Counted from the stretch's first letter, positions 30,401-37,991 are shown. The stretch is DNA of 64,000 bases from Akkermansia muciniphila (GCA_945861765.1 CAMAWP010000002.1:585-64584); one strand, 5' to 3'. Notes: a model not told the origin generated them from the letters alone. Numbers and translations are program-made.

Positions 30401-31665
30401 GGGCTTATGTTGATCTGGGACAGCATCTCCGCGGCGTAGAAAAGCTTGCCCTCCGCCTCGGGTCGGGCGGCTTTCCACGAGAGTTTGACTGTCCCGTCCG
30501 GCGGCAGAAAGCTCATGAATTCGTTGCCTGAGCGTTCGGGCCGCGCTGCTCCTGCGAACTGGAATTGGGTGTCTGGGGGCAGCGCCTCGAGAATGATCGG
30601 TTGCAGCGCGCTGGGAGCCACATGGAAATCGACGATGTTCCAGCCATCGTTCCGGTGAACTGCGGCGTTGAATTTGAGCTGGATTGGAAATTCGCCAGGC
30701 TGATCGAAGACGAGGATAAACCGGCCTTGGTCGAAACGCAGGCGCCAGTTGGGATTTGGTTGAAAATCGGTGAGCGCGATGTTTCCGGAAATCAGAAGAA
30801 CAGAGCCGCCTCTTGGATTCTTTACTCGCACGGTGGTGTTGAGGGTGAATCCAGCGATCTGGTCACTGAGCTGGCCGACGAGTTTAAAGTTGCGGAGGAC
30901 GACTCTCCGCGCCTCCGGATCGGCGATAGTGACTCGAAGTGGCAACGAGTAGGCCGAGCCGTGGAACCGAAACGGCATGGGCTCGGGTTCATCGGGCTTG
31001 GTCTCGCCACGCATCCGCTCTGGCAGAAAACCCGGTGCGATCGGGACGAGGCCGGAAGGATTGACGGGCTGCACGTCGAGTTCCGGAGACGCTTCGACCT
31101 TCACATAACCGTTGAAGAGGGCGGGCTGCGTCGGAGTGAGCGTGAGAGACGGAAGCGTGTTCAACAAAGCCTTAAGCTCCCGCTCTGCGGCGATCGTGAC
31201 GGTGAGCTGCGTGAGAGGTTTGTCGCCTTTGCGTGGGCGCAGAACCAGCGTGCGCAAGCCGTTCGTCTCCTGCCGAACGCTCCAGTCTTGCAGCGCATCG
31301 CCGCTGACCCGCAGGATCTCTCCGTCGCCGGAGATGATGAGCGGAAGTTCTTTCGGATCACCTTGGAGGATGTCGAGCGTGGCAATGATGGAGTGGGTGA
31401 CTTTGTCACGCGTGACTTTGATGGAGTGCTGGAGCGCGGTCGCGTAAATGAGTTTCTCCCTGTCTGTGGGAAGGCCGTTGAGCACGGCTTCGATGACTAA
31501 CCGCGCCTTGCCATCTTCGAGGCCGCCACTCACGGAAAGGTTCCTGAGCTCGGTCGTCGCGGCAACCGCAGGCAGCAGGGTGAGAAGTAACTGGATGGCT
31601 GAAAGCGCGCCAAGCAACGGACGTCGCGCAAATTCTTTAAGGTGTGCTGAGACAAGGTTCTTCAT
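24469..31665 (-). CDS. 2398-aa hypothetical membrane protein, internally duplicated, no family recognised
   Basis: Single uninterrupted ORF. Signal-like LLGALSAIQLLLTLLPAVAA. A cluster of about five hydrophobic helices is encoded at roughly 27790-28420, and there is a C-terminal TM (LLILAATLLVLTLFSAM). The two halves share ordered motif series (see findings). Confidence 0.8.
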   Translation of the reverse strand: MKNLVSAHLKEFARRPLLGALSAIQLLLTLLPAVAATTELRNLSVSGGLEDGKARLVIEAVLNGLPTDREKLIYATALQHSIKVTRDKVTHSIIATLDILQGDPKELPLIISGDGEILRVSGDALQDWSVRQETNGLRTLVLRPRKGDKPLTQLTVTIAAERELKALLNTLPSLTLTPTQPALFNGYVKVEASPELDVQPVNPSGLVPIAPGFLPERMRGETKPDEPEPMPFRFHGSAYSLPLRVTIADPEARRVVLRNFKLVGQLSDQIAGFTLNTTVRVKNPRGGSVLLISGNIALTDFQPNPNWRLRFDQGRFILVFDQPGEFPIQLKFNAAVHRNDGWNIVDFHVAPSALQPIILEALPPDTQFQFAGAARPERSGNEFMSFLPPDGTVKLSWKAARPEAEGKLFYAAEMLSQINISPGLMRQVALMNFKVMQGELNRVVLLLSGAGEVTRVQGDQVLAWNVEPVPNSTDRRLIVHFNQPQKDQFALQAQMQTPLGAFPQTANAMQLRPEGATRFAGYFRIVNDGAVRLEVVLASGLSQISPEQFPESDITKALFRVAGGQRFAYRFSGADVALRIQADQILPELTVSQVLAYHLGENELAIDGEIELDIREAPLRELVLRVPKGYAVAKLNASGLSDYFLREAADRADAELRLVYGQPMAGRQVVQLRLERNATLGGPSWVLPRIEVDKAKSVRGHVGVSADAGFRLTPERTQALTEIATAFFPRKLVGIQSAFRLSEPAWEATVRVERVPQSIQADGFHLFSIGEGIAYGSSVVNYLVSGAPVSAFKLELSDEYFNVEFSGKDIRNWQKATNGYVVQLHTPVSGAYTLLATYERPFKTQGETLVFTGARPIDAQSEQGHTLVISAYQFQVKPVDVSAGLLPLETGEVPPEYRLFFDAPILAAYRYTSRPFNLRLALSRLAQGDSLSQVVDRASLTTRISKEGQVLTDVRYFIKNRGNPHFRLTLPPGTELWSATINSAAVVPVTDGSANLIPLPQRADPNAVLMLDLKLAARSKNPKHVTVAAPVVAAPVMLAEWKLEPETGQRLIYRKGSLTPVGGEADVSGFTQLARMFHGEEAGPVTVCLIAVMALLAIAIRVWRWTSQEGVYKFDARYISGTVLGVISFGMAIAVMANLADLAQQQYQIAPRAVTFLAPVQQADSALNVEMLNVEDEMSVVSVVGFAWPALAALAMWAYGWLTERHWFRVIGWTLAAWAALRWPNGAKGFLVVVVAFLLLHVLIPALRQLARLPRKPKPTSPSAPEGGAAMSVASLVLGGLMWLPMANQAIAMSADIQAALPETSKENDAASSTKATGAQADEARRPQPAPFPKEPPLAESITQQIRVEEKFAFGTAKIRWQALKGEMLPLLFEPAVLTRITHPTNALKLVQAPAGSKRAQQLLAVESGAFDIEMQYQVHTTKGVTESGFVLPTQYGLVNQLILTLVNLDVDVLSPQAVSIQRDAVGSNSVAKLTLSPVIDSWIAWRPRSRDVQREKPVFYAEAFQLYAPSAGVIEGTHYVTIRPAQGELKELLFEAPSGTTITDVNAVDPVTIQPLAPKSSLVSLWRFDPDTRKLRVSFNPAQSRQFALLIRSQIATGPLPFEQSVGLLAVENAAAQIGLLGVATGSEVQLDTVSADAFSSINLEDFPAGIAPTLQAQIPGLTVRRAFRYGDIKAVASLKASAVEADVRVETQDTLSLGEDRTVLAVNATVDITRAGIFRLSFALPNGLDVESVSGPALSHWTELRTEAGRIITLHLRGKTEGKQQFAISLAGPGAKATNAWAVPQLLLREASKQRGTLVIVPEQGTRLQVATRDGVTQLDPQKSGIRQKGVLAFRVLQVPWSLALDIEQVEPWIQVTSLQHAIVNEAQMKITANLQYQIENTGIKAFRVFIPTNAESARFHGEQISDFLPIAGVVTNGLQAWEVKLHRRVIGRYLLQVTYQTLIPGQATEVILNGVQAADVNLQRGFVTVQSGGRLQVRVDSTPAALQPTEWQSIPRALQQDLPAASASFAYRLVEPAFQLPLKIDRHDAAKLLPARVNNITLTSVISDDGVMLTHARLEMLPGDKRLLHLTLPADARFWFAFVNQNGAWPWREQEHFLIPLEQHSRAGQAMPVEIFYSSKIGAANTRTLNLALVAPKFDLPLEDITWHVYLNEKWHLKHWKGSLQLQEEQPGVRSAVVDVETYLRNETSLQKQKTEEAEQMLSLGNTKLQQGEQQQARRAFQAAYGLSQHDNAFNEDARVQLHNLKLQQALVGLNVRQATAAGDSAVLGGNFRDLRSGKDLNYTQPDAKAIIDRNTADENAAYMRLAERLIQQQDAAVSSPTAIRASIPEQGHLLTFKRAVAVDPWADLKIGIEATATQAASWRTRLLILAATLLVLTLFSAMTRSFRRNGASAA

Positions 31666-31737
31666 TTTTGTTGAATCGATTGAGTTGTGCGTAAAAGTCT
31701 GTGATGGCTCTCCTGTATTCTCGCTCTCTGGTTAGTC

Positions 31738-34700
31738 CTATCTTCCCGCGATGCTCTTGGCTTGCCGGATCATCCATTCGAGCTTTTTGGGGCGGGCGTC
31801 GGCGCCGTAAACGTCCGGCACGCCGCTGAGATAGGCGAGCAACCGATCCGGCGTGACTTCGCCCGCATAAGGACTCGACACGAGCCATTCTGAGAACGCG
31901 CTCGCGGTCGCGGCCAAGCGCATGGCAGAGCTGGCTTGCTCCAACGGAAGGGCATCCCCGGCGAAAGGCACGGCCCATTCGTGCTCGCGGTATTCGGCGG
32001 TGCCAGGAAGTTTGTAACGGACCCGGACGATGGCGATCGGGCCTTCGCCGCGCGGATTCACTTCCACGACGTAAAGCGCGTTGCCGGACTCAGCCGCGCC
32101 GATCTCGGCGGCATCGACGGTGTTGTCGCGGAACTGCTCCTTGGTGAGTTGGTGCTTCGCGTAGCCGACCTGGCGATACGCGGCGACGCGCCTGGGATTG
32201 AACTCGACCTGCACCTTCACATCCGAGGCCGCGACGCGCAGCGCGCCGGCGAGTTGGCCGGCAAACTCAGTCGATGCTTCTTCCGGAGTGTTCACGAAGC
32301 CGTAACGGCCATCGCCATTGCGTGAGAGCACTTCGAGTAAATCGTCGTTAAGGCCTTCCCAGCCGATCCCAAAGCAGTCGAGCGCGATACCTTGTTTGCG
32401 GTGCTCTTCCACTTTCTGTTTGAGTGCATCAGGACTCACGTTGCCGAGGTTGGCTGCACCATCGGTGAGGAGCACGACGCGATTGACGCCGCCGTTAACG
32501 TAATGCCTGAGCGCAGTCTGATAACCCGCGTTCATGGCTTCTTCGAGATTCGTGCCGCCCTGTGGAGTGAGGTTGCCAAGCTGCTCTGAGATCTGGCCGG
32601 CTTGGTTGCCGACTATGCCATCCACCCAGAGTCGCGCGGTGCGTGCGAAAGCAATCACACTCAGCTTGTCTTGCGGTTGCAATTGAGCGGCCAGCACGCG
32701 CAACGCTTCGCGAACGATCCGCACACGGTCGGCACGCTCCATCGAGCCGGAGTTGTCCAGCAGCAGCACGAGATTCAGCGGACGGTTCGGTTGGCGGCCT
32801 TGCGCGGCGGTCTTAACTGAGAAACGGAGCATGTCGCGGTTATGGGCGAACGGGTATCGCGCACGCTCCCAGGCGAACGCCACCGGCATGCCGGAGGGCG
32901 GCTCGGAATCGCGGTAATCGAAGGCATTAATGAATTCCTCGCTTCGCACCGCGGCAGGCTCGGGCATAATGCCGTGTTCGAGACTCGCAGCCGCCAGCTT
33001 GAACGAAACATCGGAAACATTGAGTGAGAAAGTGGAGAGCGCACTGTCGCGTGTTTGCACCTCTGGCTGAGGAACTGGAGCCACCGAAGCGGGCTTGGAT
33101 GGAGTGAGGTCGGAAAGTTTGATCTGGGATTCTTCCTGAAAGAGCTCCGGACGTGTTGGAGCACGGGTAATTTTCTTTTCCGTTTCCATCAGGCCCGCCT
33201 TCTCCGCGTTGGACGCTGCTTCCTTCCCGCTGGCATCTTTCCAGGTTCCAGAGAGACGCCGGGTTGCTGGTTCGACGTGGAGGGTTCCTTCCTCTCCAGC
33301 GCTCGAACTAACTGCCGGAAGGGCGATGGACAGCGCTACCGGTGGTCGCTTGGCTTCTTGGCCTGGGACAACGGCAACCTTCTGAGATATTGAATCATCG
33401 AGTGTGTTGAGTCTCGCAAGGGCAAACTCGTCGTTGAGAGATTTATCGGTCTCGCCTAGTCCTTCCGTCTTGAACTTGGATAACTTCTGGTTCGCTTCGT
33501 CCGACGGACCAGCAGCGCCTCGCGTGAGCCCATAACGTTCCATCAACTTCGGGTCCATTTTGAAGGCGGGCATTTCCTGGGGAGGCGGTGTTGTCGGAGC
33601 CGGCGTTTCGATGAAGCGCGAGGCTGCGTTTTGAGTTGGAGCTAGTGGTGGAGGTTGAGCCGGTAAGGGCAGGTCAAGCCTATCTCTGACGCTCGATTGC
33701 GCTTGAGGTTCCAAGGCCTTGTAGTCGGCGTGCGTGTCTTGTGGTTGTTGCTCTCCAAGTCCACGCGCCAACCGACGTTCGAGTCCCAGGAGGCGATTCT
33801 CGAACAGAAGCTCCACGTTTTGCGGTGTCTGTCGTAGAAGCTCATCTCTGTCATTGGCCGCCACGGTTCCTCTTCCGAAGGCGACATTGCCGCTCTTCGA
33901 GAGTGTCTCGGCTCCAGACGTGCGCTTCAGGTCCGAGCTTAGTTCTGTCATTCCCGGCCGGGGCAATGTCAGCCCGTAGGCGACATCATCAACACGGTTC
34001 ACGACCTCCGATTCTGAGGTGGCCGTTGCCGTTTGAATGTACGTTGTTCCGTTGACAGCGAAAGCCGCGATGCTGCCGCGGTCACCAGCGATAGATTCCT
34101 CAACATTAAGGACCTTCTTTTTGCCGAGTTCTGCGCTACCGCTCAATGGGAGGACGGCAACGCTGGTAGGGCCTTTCTGACCGGCTGCCGGCAGGACAAG
34201 ACCCTTGCGGTTTGCACCGTTTCCACCCAAGAGAATGTTCGCGTCAGGCGCTAGTGTCGTTTGTGGTGGTGCGCTGACAGCGACCGCAGCCAGAGAATCT
34301 GTTGGGGCAGTTGGAATGGGGCGATCAAGGGCAGACGGGCTATTCGAAAGGAAGGATGATGCGCCATTTTGTTTGTCTGATTCAGGCAACCTTTCACCCT
34401 CTCCTCTGGCAATCTCACGAGCTGGCAGCGCGAAAAGTGTTCCTGTTTTGATGGCCGGATAACTGAAATTCACCAAAGGCTTTTCACCACCAAAACCCTC
34501 CGTGCGCTTCGAAGGATCGCCTTTTTGGAAAGCGAATCCGGCGCCCCCGCCGAGACCCACGCCAGGCTCGCGTATGGACGGTTCCTTAACCTCCTTCTTA
34601 GAAACGCGGACCCGTGCAACGTCTCTCCGATCTTGGGAAGCGGTTCCGTCGTCATTCGTCAATTGCTCGTCGGTTATTTCGACGTCGGAAACTGTCGCCT

Positions 34701-35154
34701 TAGCCATCTCGCGTTCAGAATTTCGCGAAGCCATGGGTGCCTTGAAGCGATGAAACTGATTGGAGAAACCTGGGAGCAGCGCCACCGAACCGATCAAGGC
34801 AACCAGAGCCGCAGCGAGGCTCAAGGGGATATACCAAGCCTTCTGGCGATGGTCTGGACGATTAAACTCTTTTGGGGTTACCGTCTTGAAATGTTGGACG
34901 AGATTCTTGCGGCGCGCGTCAGACAGCCTGAGCGTGGAGTGTTGCGCGGTGGTTTGCGCCGTCGGGTCGGTTGCAGCTTCGGCCACGAGGTCAATGGTTC
35001 GCTTGAGGCGCTCGTACAGCGTGGCTAGCTCGACATTCTGTTCCATAGCCTGCCGGATGGCGGCTGCTTCTTCAGCGGACAATTCGCCGAGCAGCAGCGC
35101 GGTTAAGCGGACTTCCATTTGCTCGTGAGCGCTTTGGGGAGAGTCTGGGTTCAT
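31738..35154 (-). CDS. anti-sigma-factor-like N-terminus fused to a periplasmic von Willebrand factor A (YfbK-like) domain
   Basis: 1138-aa ORF. The N-terminus LTALLLGELSAEEAAAIRQAMEQNVELATLYERL is typical of ECF anti-sigma factors. One TM (YIPLSLAAALVALIGSVALL). A long low-complexity linker follows. VWA MIDAS motif LVLLLDNSGSM...LTDGAANLG. It lies directly downstream of an ECF sigma gene. Confidence 0.8.
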   Translation of the reverse strand: MNPDSPQSAHEQMEVRLTALLLGELSAEEAAAIRQAMEQNVELATLYERLKRTIDLVAEAATDPTAQTTAQHSTLRLSDARRKNLVQHFKTVTPKEFNRPDHRQKAWYIPLSLAAALVALIGSVALLPGFSNQFHRFKAPMASRNSEREMAKATVSDVEITDEQLTNDDGTASQDRRDVARVRVSKKEVKEPSIREPGVGLGGGAGFAFQKGDPSKRTEGFGGEKPLVNFSYPAIKTGTLFALPAREIARGEGERLPESDKQNGASSFLSNSPSALDRPIPTAPTDSLAAVAVSAPPQTTLAPDANILLGGNGANRKGLVLPAAGQKGPTSVAVLPLSGSAELGKKKVLNVEESIAGDRGSIAAFAVNGTTYIQTATATSESEVVNRVDDVAYGLTLPRPGMTELSSDLKRTSGAETLSKSGNVAFGRGTVAANDRDELLRQTPQNVELLFENRLLGLERRLARGLGEQQPQDTHADYKALEPQAQSSVRDRLDLPLPAQPPPLAPTQNAASRFIETPAPTTPPPQEMPAFKMDPKLMERYGLTRGAAGPSDEANQKLSKFKTEGLGETDKSLNDEFALARLNTLDDSISQKVAVVPGQEAKRPPVALSIALPAVSSSAGEEGTLHVEPATRRLSGTWKDASGKEAASNAEKAGLMETEKKITRAPTRPELFQEESQIKLSDLTPSKPASVAPVPQPEVQTRDSALSTFSLNVSDVSFKLAAASLEHGIMPEPAAVRSEEFINAFDYRDSEPPSGMPVAFAWERARYPFAHNRDMLRFSVKTAAQGRQPNRPLNLVLLLDNSGSMERADRVRIVREALRVLAAQLQPQDKLSVIAFARTARLWVDGIVGNQAGQISEQLGNLTPQGGTNLEEAMNAGYQTALRHYVNGGVNRVVLLTDGAANLGNVSPDALKQKVEEHRKQGIALDCFGIGWEGLNDDLLEVLSRNGDGRYGFVNTPEEASTEFAGQLAGALRVAASDVKVQVEFNPRRVAAYRQVGYAKHQLTKEQFRDNTVDAAEIGAAESGNALYVVEVNPRGEGPIAIVRVRYKLPGTAEYREHEWAVPFAGDALPLEQASSAMRLAATASAFSEWLVSSPYAGEVTPDRLLAYLSGVPDVYGADARPKKLEWMIRQAKSIAGR

Positions 35155-35222
35155 AAGCTAAAACAGAGTGCAGCTCTGAGCGACGGCGTTGCGGCCTGTT
35201 TGGTTCGAGGGCGGAGGCATGA

Positions 35223-35780
35223 TCATGGCACAACTCCGGTTCTCGCGAGTTCAGCGGCGATTGCTTTCAGCGCGTGGTGGAGAAGGTAACCCACGTGGCT
35301 GACTGTCAAACCGGTGCGGGCTCCGATTTCTTTGTAGGACAGATCCTCGTTGAATTTGAGGCGAACCAGCTCGCGACCGCGATCATCGAGGGTTTCCAGG
35401 CTGAGCTGGACTAGCTCAATGCCCTCCCATCGGGCAACCTGTTCATCGGGCAGAGGTTGGGGATCGGTGGACTCGGGGTCAGCCAGCGAGCCGTCTTCGG
35501 TGTTTGAAATGAGTGGCACGATTTTTCCGGCGCGGCGTCGATGGTTCAGTGCGAGGTTATGCACGGTTCGGTAGAGCCAGCGTCGGGGCTCGCGGACTTT
35601 CTCAAACTGCGCGTGGAGTCTCATGAATGCTTCTTGAACCACGTCCTCGGCGACGTCGAGTTCATTGAACAGGCGCACGGCGTAGTTCAGGAGAGGCGAT
35701 TCCAGAGCTGCAAAGAGCTCTTCGATCGTTTCCCATCTCGGCGGTTCCACGATGACTTCGTTTGGTTGGGCCACGGTCAT
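35223..35780 (-). CDS. RNA polymerase ECF-type sigma-70 factor
   Basis: 185-aa ORF. Region-2-like DVVQEAFMRLHAQFEKVREPRRWLYRTVHNLALNHRRR. Region-4 HTH DLSYKEIGARTGLTVSHVGYLLHHALK. Confidence 0.9.
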   Translation of the reverse strand: MTVAQPNEVIVEPPRWETIEELFAALESPLLNYAVRLFNELDVAEDVVQEAFMRLHAQFEKVREPRRWLYRTVHNLALNHRRRAGKIVPLISNTEDGSLADPESTDPQPLPDEQVARWEGIELVQLSLETLDDRGRELVRLKFNEDLSYKEIGARTGLTVSHVGYLLHHALKAIAAELARTGVVP

Positions 35781-35804
35781 GCCTGGCTGAGTAATTTTTA
35801 TCGC

Positions 35805-35830
35805 AACATTTACTTCAACCGCTGGTTTCC
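35805..35830 (-). promoter_or_regulatory. possible ECF-type promoter upstream of the sigma gene
   Basis: On the minus strand: GGAAAC (35830-35825), a 17-nt spacer, then GTTGCG (35807-35802), about 20 nt upstream of ATG 35780. This resembles the GGAAC-N16/17-CGT/GTT pattern of autoregulated ECF promoters. It is a motif match only. Confidence 0.25.
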
Positions 35831-35884
35831 GCGACCCCGGCTATTGCTGCTCTCACTGATTAAGACACTTGAGATCCATACTTC

Positions 35885-36550
35885 TTAGACGATTTTTTTA
35901 CTTTGATACTCGAAGCCAGCGGCCGCGGGTCGGCCACGAGGAAGCTTGCCCACGTGATACTGGATGAATCCCGCCAGAAATTTTCCGATTTCGCCATCTT
36001 GGCTTTGGCTGGGCTTGATGCGCTGGATGGCGGTCCAGTTTGCGCTGGTGATTCGTTCAAGGATCTCGGCTGAGCCAGGGCTGAGCTGGGCCTTGCGGAA
36101 ATCCGGTTTCAAACCGAGCTGATGCAGGAGCTTTGTTTCAAAGGCATACACTGTGAGAGCTTGCGGCGATGCTTCAGTCAGGCTTTTGAGCGCGCTGAGA
36201 AACAGCTCGAAGAGCCCAGGCACAGGCGAGTCCGACTCGGTGGTCTGCTCGACTAGTTGCGTGAAATAGGAGGCCTGCTGGAGATAGCCAAGTTCCCGTC
36301 TGAGACCGGAATGAAAGTCGAGCACGCTTACTTCGTGCAGGTTATGCAATTCACTTCGGCGGCTTCGATGGAAGGAAAAATCACACAGATAGAAGAGATC
36401 AAGCTTGCCTCGGAAGGGCGATTTAGGACGGAGCGCGCCCTTCGCCACCGTGGCGATTCTGCCCAAGTCCGGCGTCACCCAATGCACGATTAAACTAGTC
36501 TCGGTCAGGGCGCGTGTGCGAAGGATCAGCCCAGGCGTGCGTTGGTCCAT
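35885..36550 (-). CDS. recO: DNA repair protein RecO
   Basis: 221-aa ORF. The N-terminal OB-fold-like GLILRTRALTETSLIVHWVTPDLGRIATVAKGALRPKSPFRGKLDLF is typical of RecO. It sits in the usual ybeY/recO neighbourhood. Confidence 0.85.
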   Translation of the reverse strand: MDQRTPGLILRTRALTETSLIVHWVTPDLGRIATVAKGALRPKSPFRGKLDLFYLCDFSFHRSRRSELHNLHEVSVLDFHSGLRRELGYLQQASYFTQLVEQTTESDSPVPGLFELFLSALKSLTEASPQALTVYAFETKLLHQLGLKPDFRKAQLSPGSAEILERITSANWTAIQRIKPSQSQDGEIGKFLAGFIQYHVGKLPRGRPAAAGFEYQSKKIV

Positions 36551-36556
36551 ACGTGG

Positions 36557-37036
36557 CTAGCCTCTAAATTTCCGAGGCTTGATTTCCAAGTCCCTGACCG
36601 GAAACATCCGGGCCAATTGACCCACCAACCTGTTCTCCTGGCGCTTCATCGCTTTGCGAGCGCTCGCAGTGGTATCGTCGAATCCTTTGAGGTGCAATAC
36701 TCCGTGAACGAGATAACGGAGGACTTCGGCTTGCCACGACGTGCGGAATGGCGTCGCCTGCTTCATGGCGTCTTCGATGCTGATAAAAATTTCGCCGTGA
36801 ATGGACGGAGAGGCTGCGGGAGGATCATACTGAAACGTGATTACGTCCGTGGAACCAGGATGTTTGAGAAACGTCTCATTGAGGCGCGCCATTTCAGATG
36901 CGGAAACGACGTAAATGCCGATTTCAAACTGAGCTGTTTGCAGAAGTTCCGTCAGTAAGTGGCGAGCCATCTGGCGGAGCAGAGGCAACTTGATGCCTTG
37001 AATCCGCTGGCAGTTGCGCAAGACGAGTTCATTCAT
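36557..37036 (-). CDS. ybeY: rRNA maturation endoribonuclease YbeY
   Basis: 159-aa ORF. The metal-site region LVHGVLHLKGFDD matches the YbeY H-x3-H-x5-H motif, except that the last His is Asp. It overlaps phoH by 8 nt. Confidence 0.85.
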   Translation of the reverse strand: MNELVLRNCQRIQGIKLPLLRQMARHLLTELLQTAQFEIGIYVVSASEMARLNETFLKHPGSTDVITFQYDPPAASPSIHGEIFISIEDAMKQATPFRTSWQAEVLRYLVHGVLHLKGFDDTTASARKAMKRQENRLVGQLARMFPVRDLEIKPRKFRG

Positions 37037-37991
37037 TGCGTTTGCCGCGATGTTCTTCGTAAGCAGCGACGATCCGCTGGACTAAAGGATGTCGAACTGT
37101 GTCGCCCCTTTGAAATTCGACGATGGCGATGCCTTCGATGCGGGCCAAGGCTCGATGCGCTTCGAGCAGGCCCGAATGTTTGTGCGAGGGAAGGTCAATC
37201 TGGGTCGGGTCGCCGGTAATGACGGCTTTAGAGCCATGGCCCAGCCGGGTCAGGAACATGAACATCTGTTCCGCCGTGGAGTTTTGCGCCTCGTCTAAAA
37301 TGACAAAGGCGTGGTTGAGAGTGCGTCCTCGCATATAGGCGAGTGGCGCGATTTCAATGGTGCCGCGCTCCGTGTGCTTTTGGATTTCTTCAGCGGGCAT
37401 CATGTCATTCAGCGCGTCTTGAAGCGGACGCAGGTAGGGAAAAATCTTTTCGTAAAGATCGCCTGGAAGAAAGCCGAGGGCTTCGCCTGCTTCGACCGCG
37501 GGACGCGTCAAGATGATGCGCGACACCTTTTCCTCCCGGAGCGCAGCCGCTGCCATCGCAACCGCGATGTAGGTCTTGCCAGTCCCGGCTGGGCCAATGC
37601 CGAATGTGATGTCGTGATGGCGGATAGCCTCGATGTATTTTTTCTGGCCGAGGGTTTTGGGAGTGACTGTGGACTTTTTGAGCGAAGTTTGGATGCGCTC
37701 ACCCGACAAACTCTGCAGCATGTTAGGGCCATCGCTCTTCATCACGTTGAGGGCATAGCCGAATTCGCGGTTGCGGACGGGTGATCCGGCTTTGATCGAA
37801 TTCTCCAAAAACTGAAATAACTGTTTGGCGCGCTCGACGGCGTCAGCGGAGCCTTCCAGTTTGATCCAGCCTTCCCGCGCTGTGGCTTTAACATGCAGTT
37901 GATCTTCCAGGGCCTTGAGGTTTCGCGGGTCGTTGTTAAAAAGCTGTTGTGCTGCTCGGTCGTTCTCAAAGTGAAGGGTTTCCGAAGGCAT
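37029..37991 (-). CDS. phoH: PhoH-like ATPase (YbeZ)
   Basis: 320-aa ORF. Walker A GPAGTGKTYIAVAMA and Walker B FVILDEAQN. Conserved ITGDPTQIDLP. It lies upstream of ybeY, as in many bacteria. Confidence 0.92.
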   Translation of the reverse strand: MPSETLHFENDRAAQQLFNNDPRNLKALEDQLHVKATAREGWIKLEGSADAVERAKQLFQFLENSIKAGSPVRNREFGYALNVMKSDGPNMLQSLSGERIQTSLKKSTVTPKTLGQKKYIEAIRHHDITFGIGPAGTGKTYIAVAMAAAALREEKVSRIILTRPAVEAGEALGFLPGDLYEKIFPYLRPLQDALNDMMPAEEIQKHTERGTIEIAPLAYMRGRTLNHAFVILDEAQNSTAEQMFMFLTRLGHGSKAVITGDPTQIDLPSHKHSGLLEAHRALARIEGIAIVEFQRGDTVRHPLVQRIVAAYEEHRGKRNE

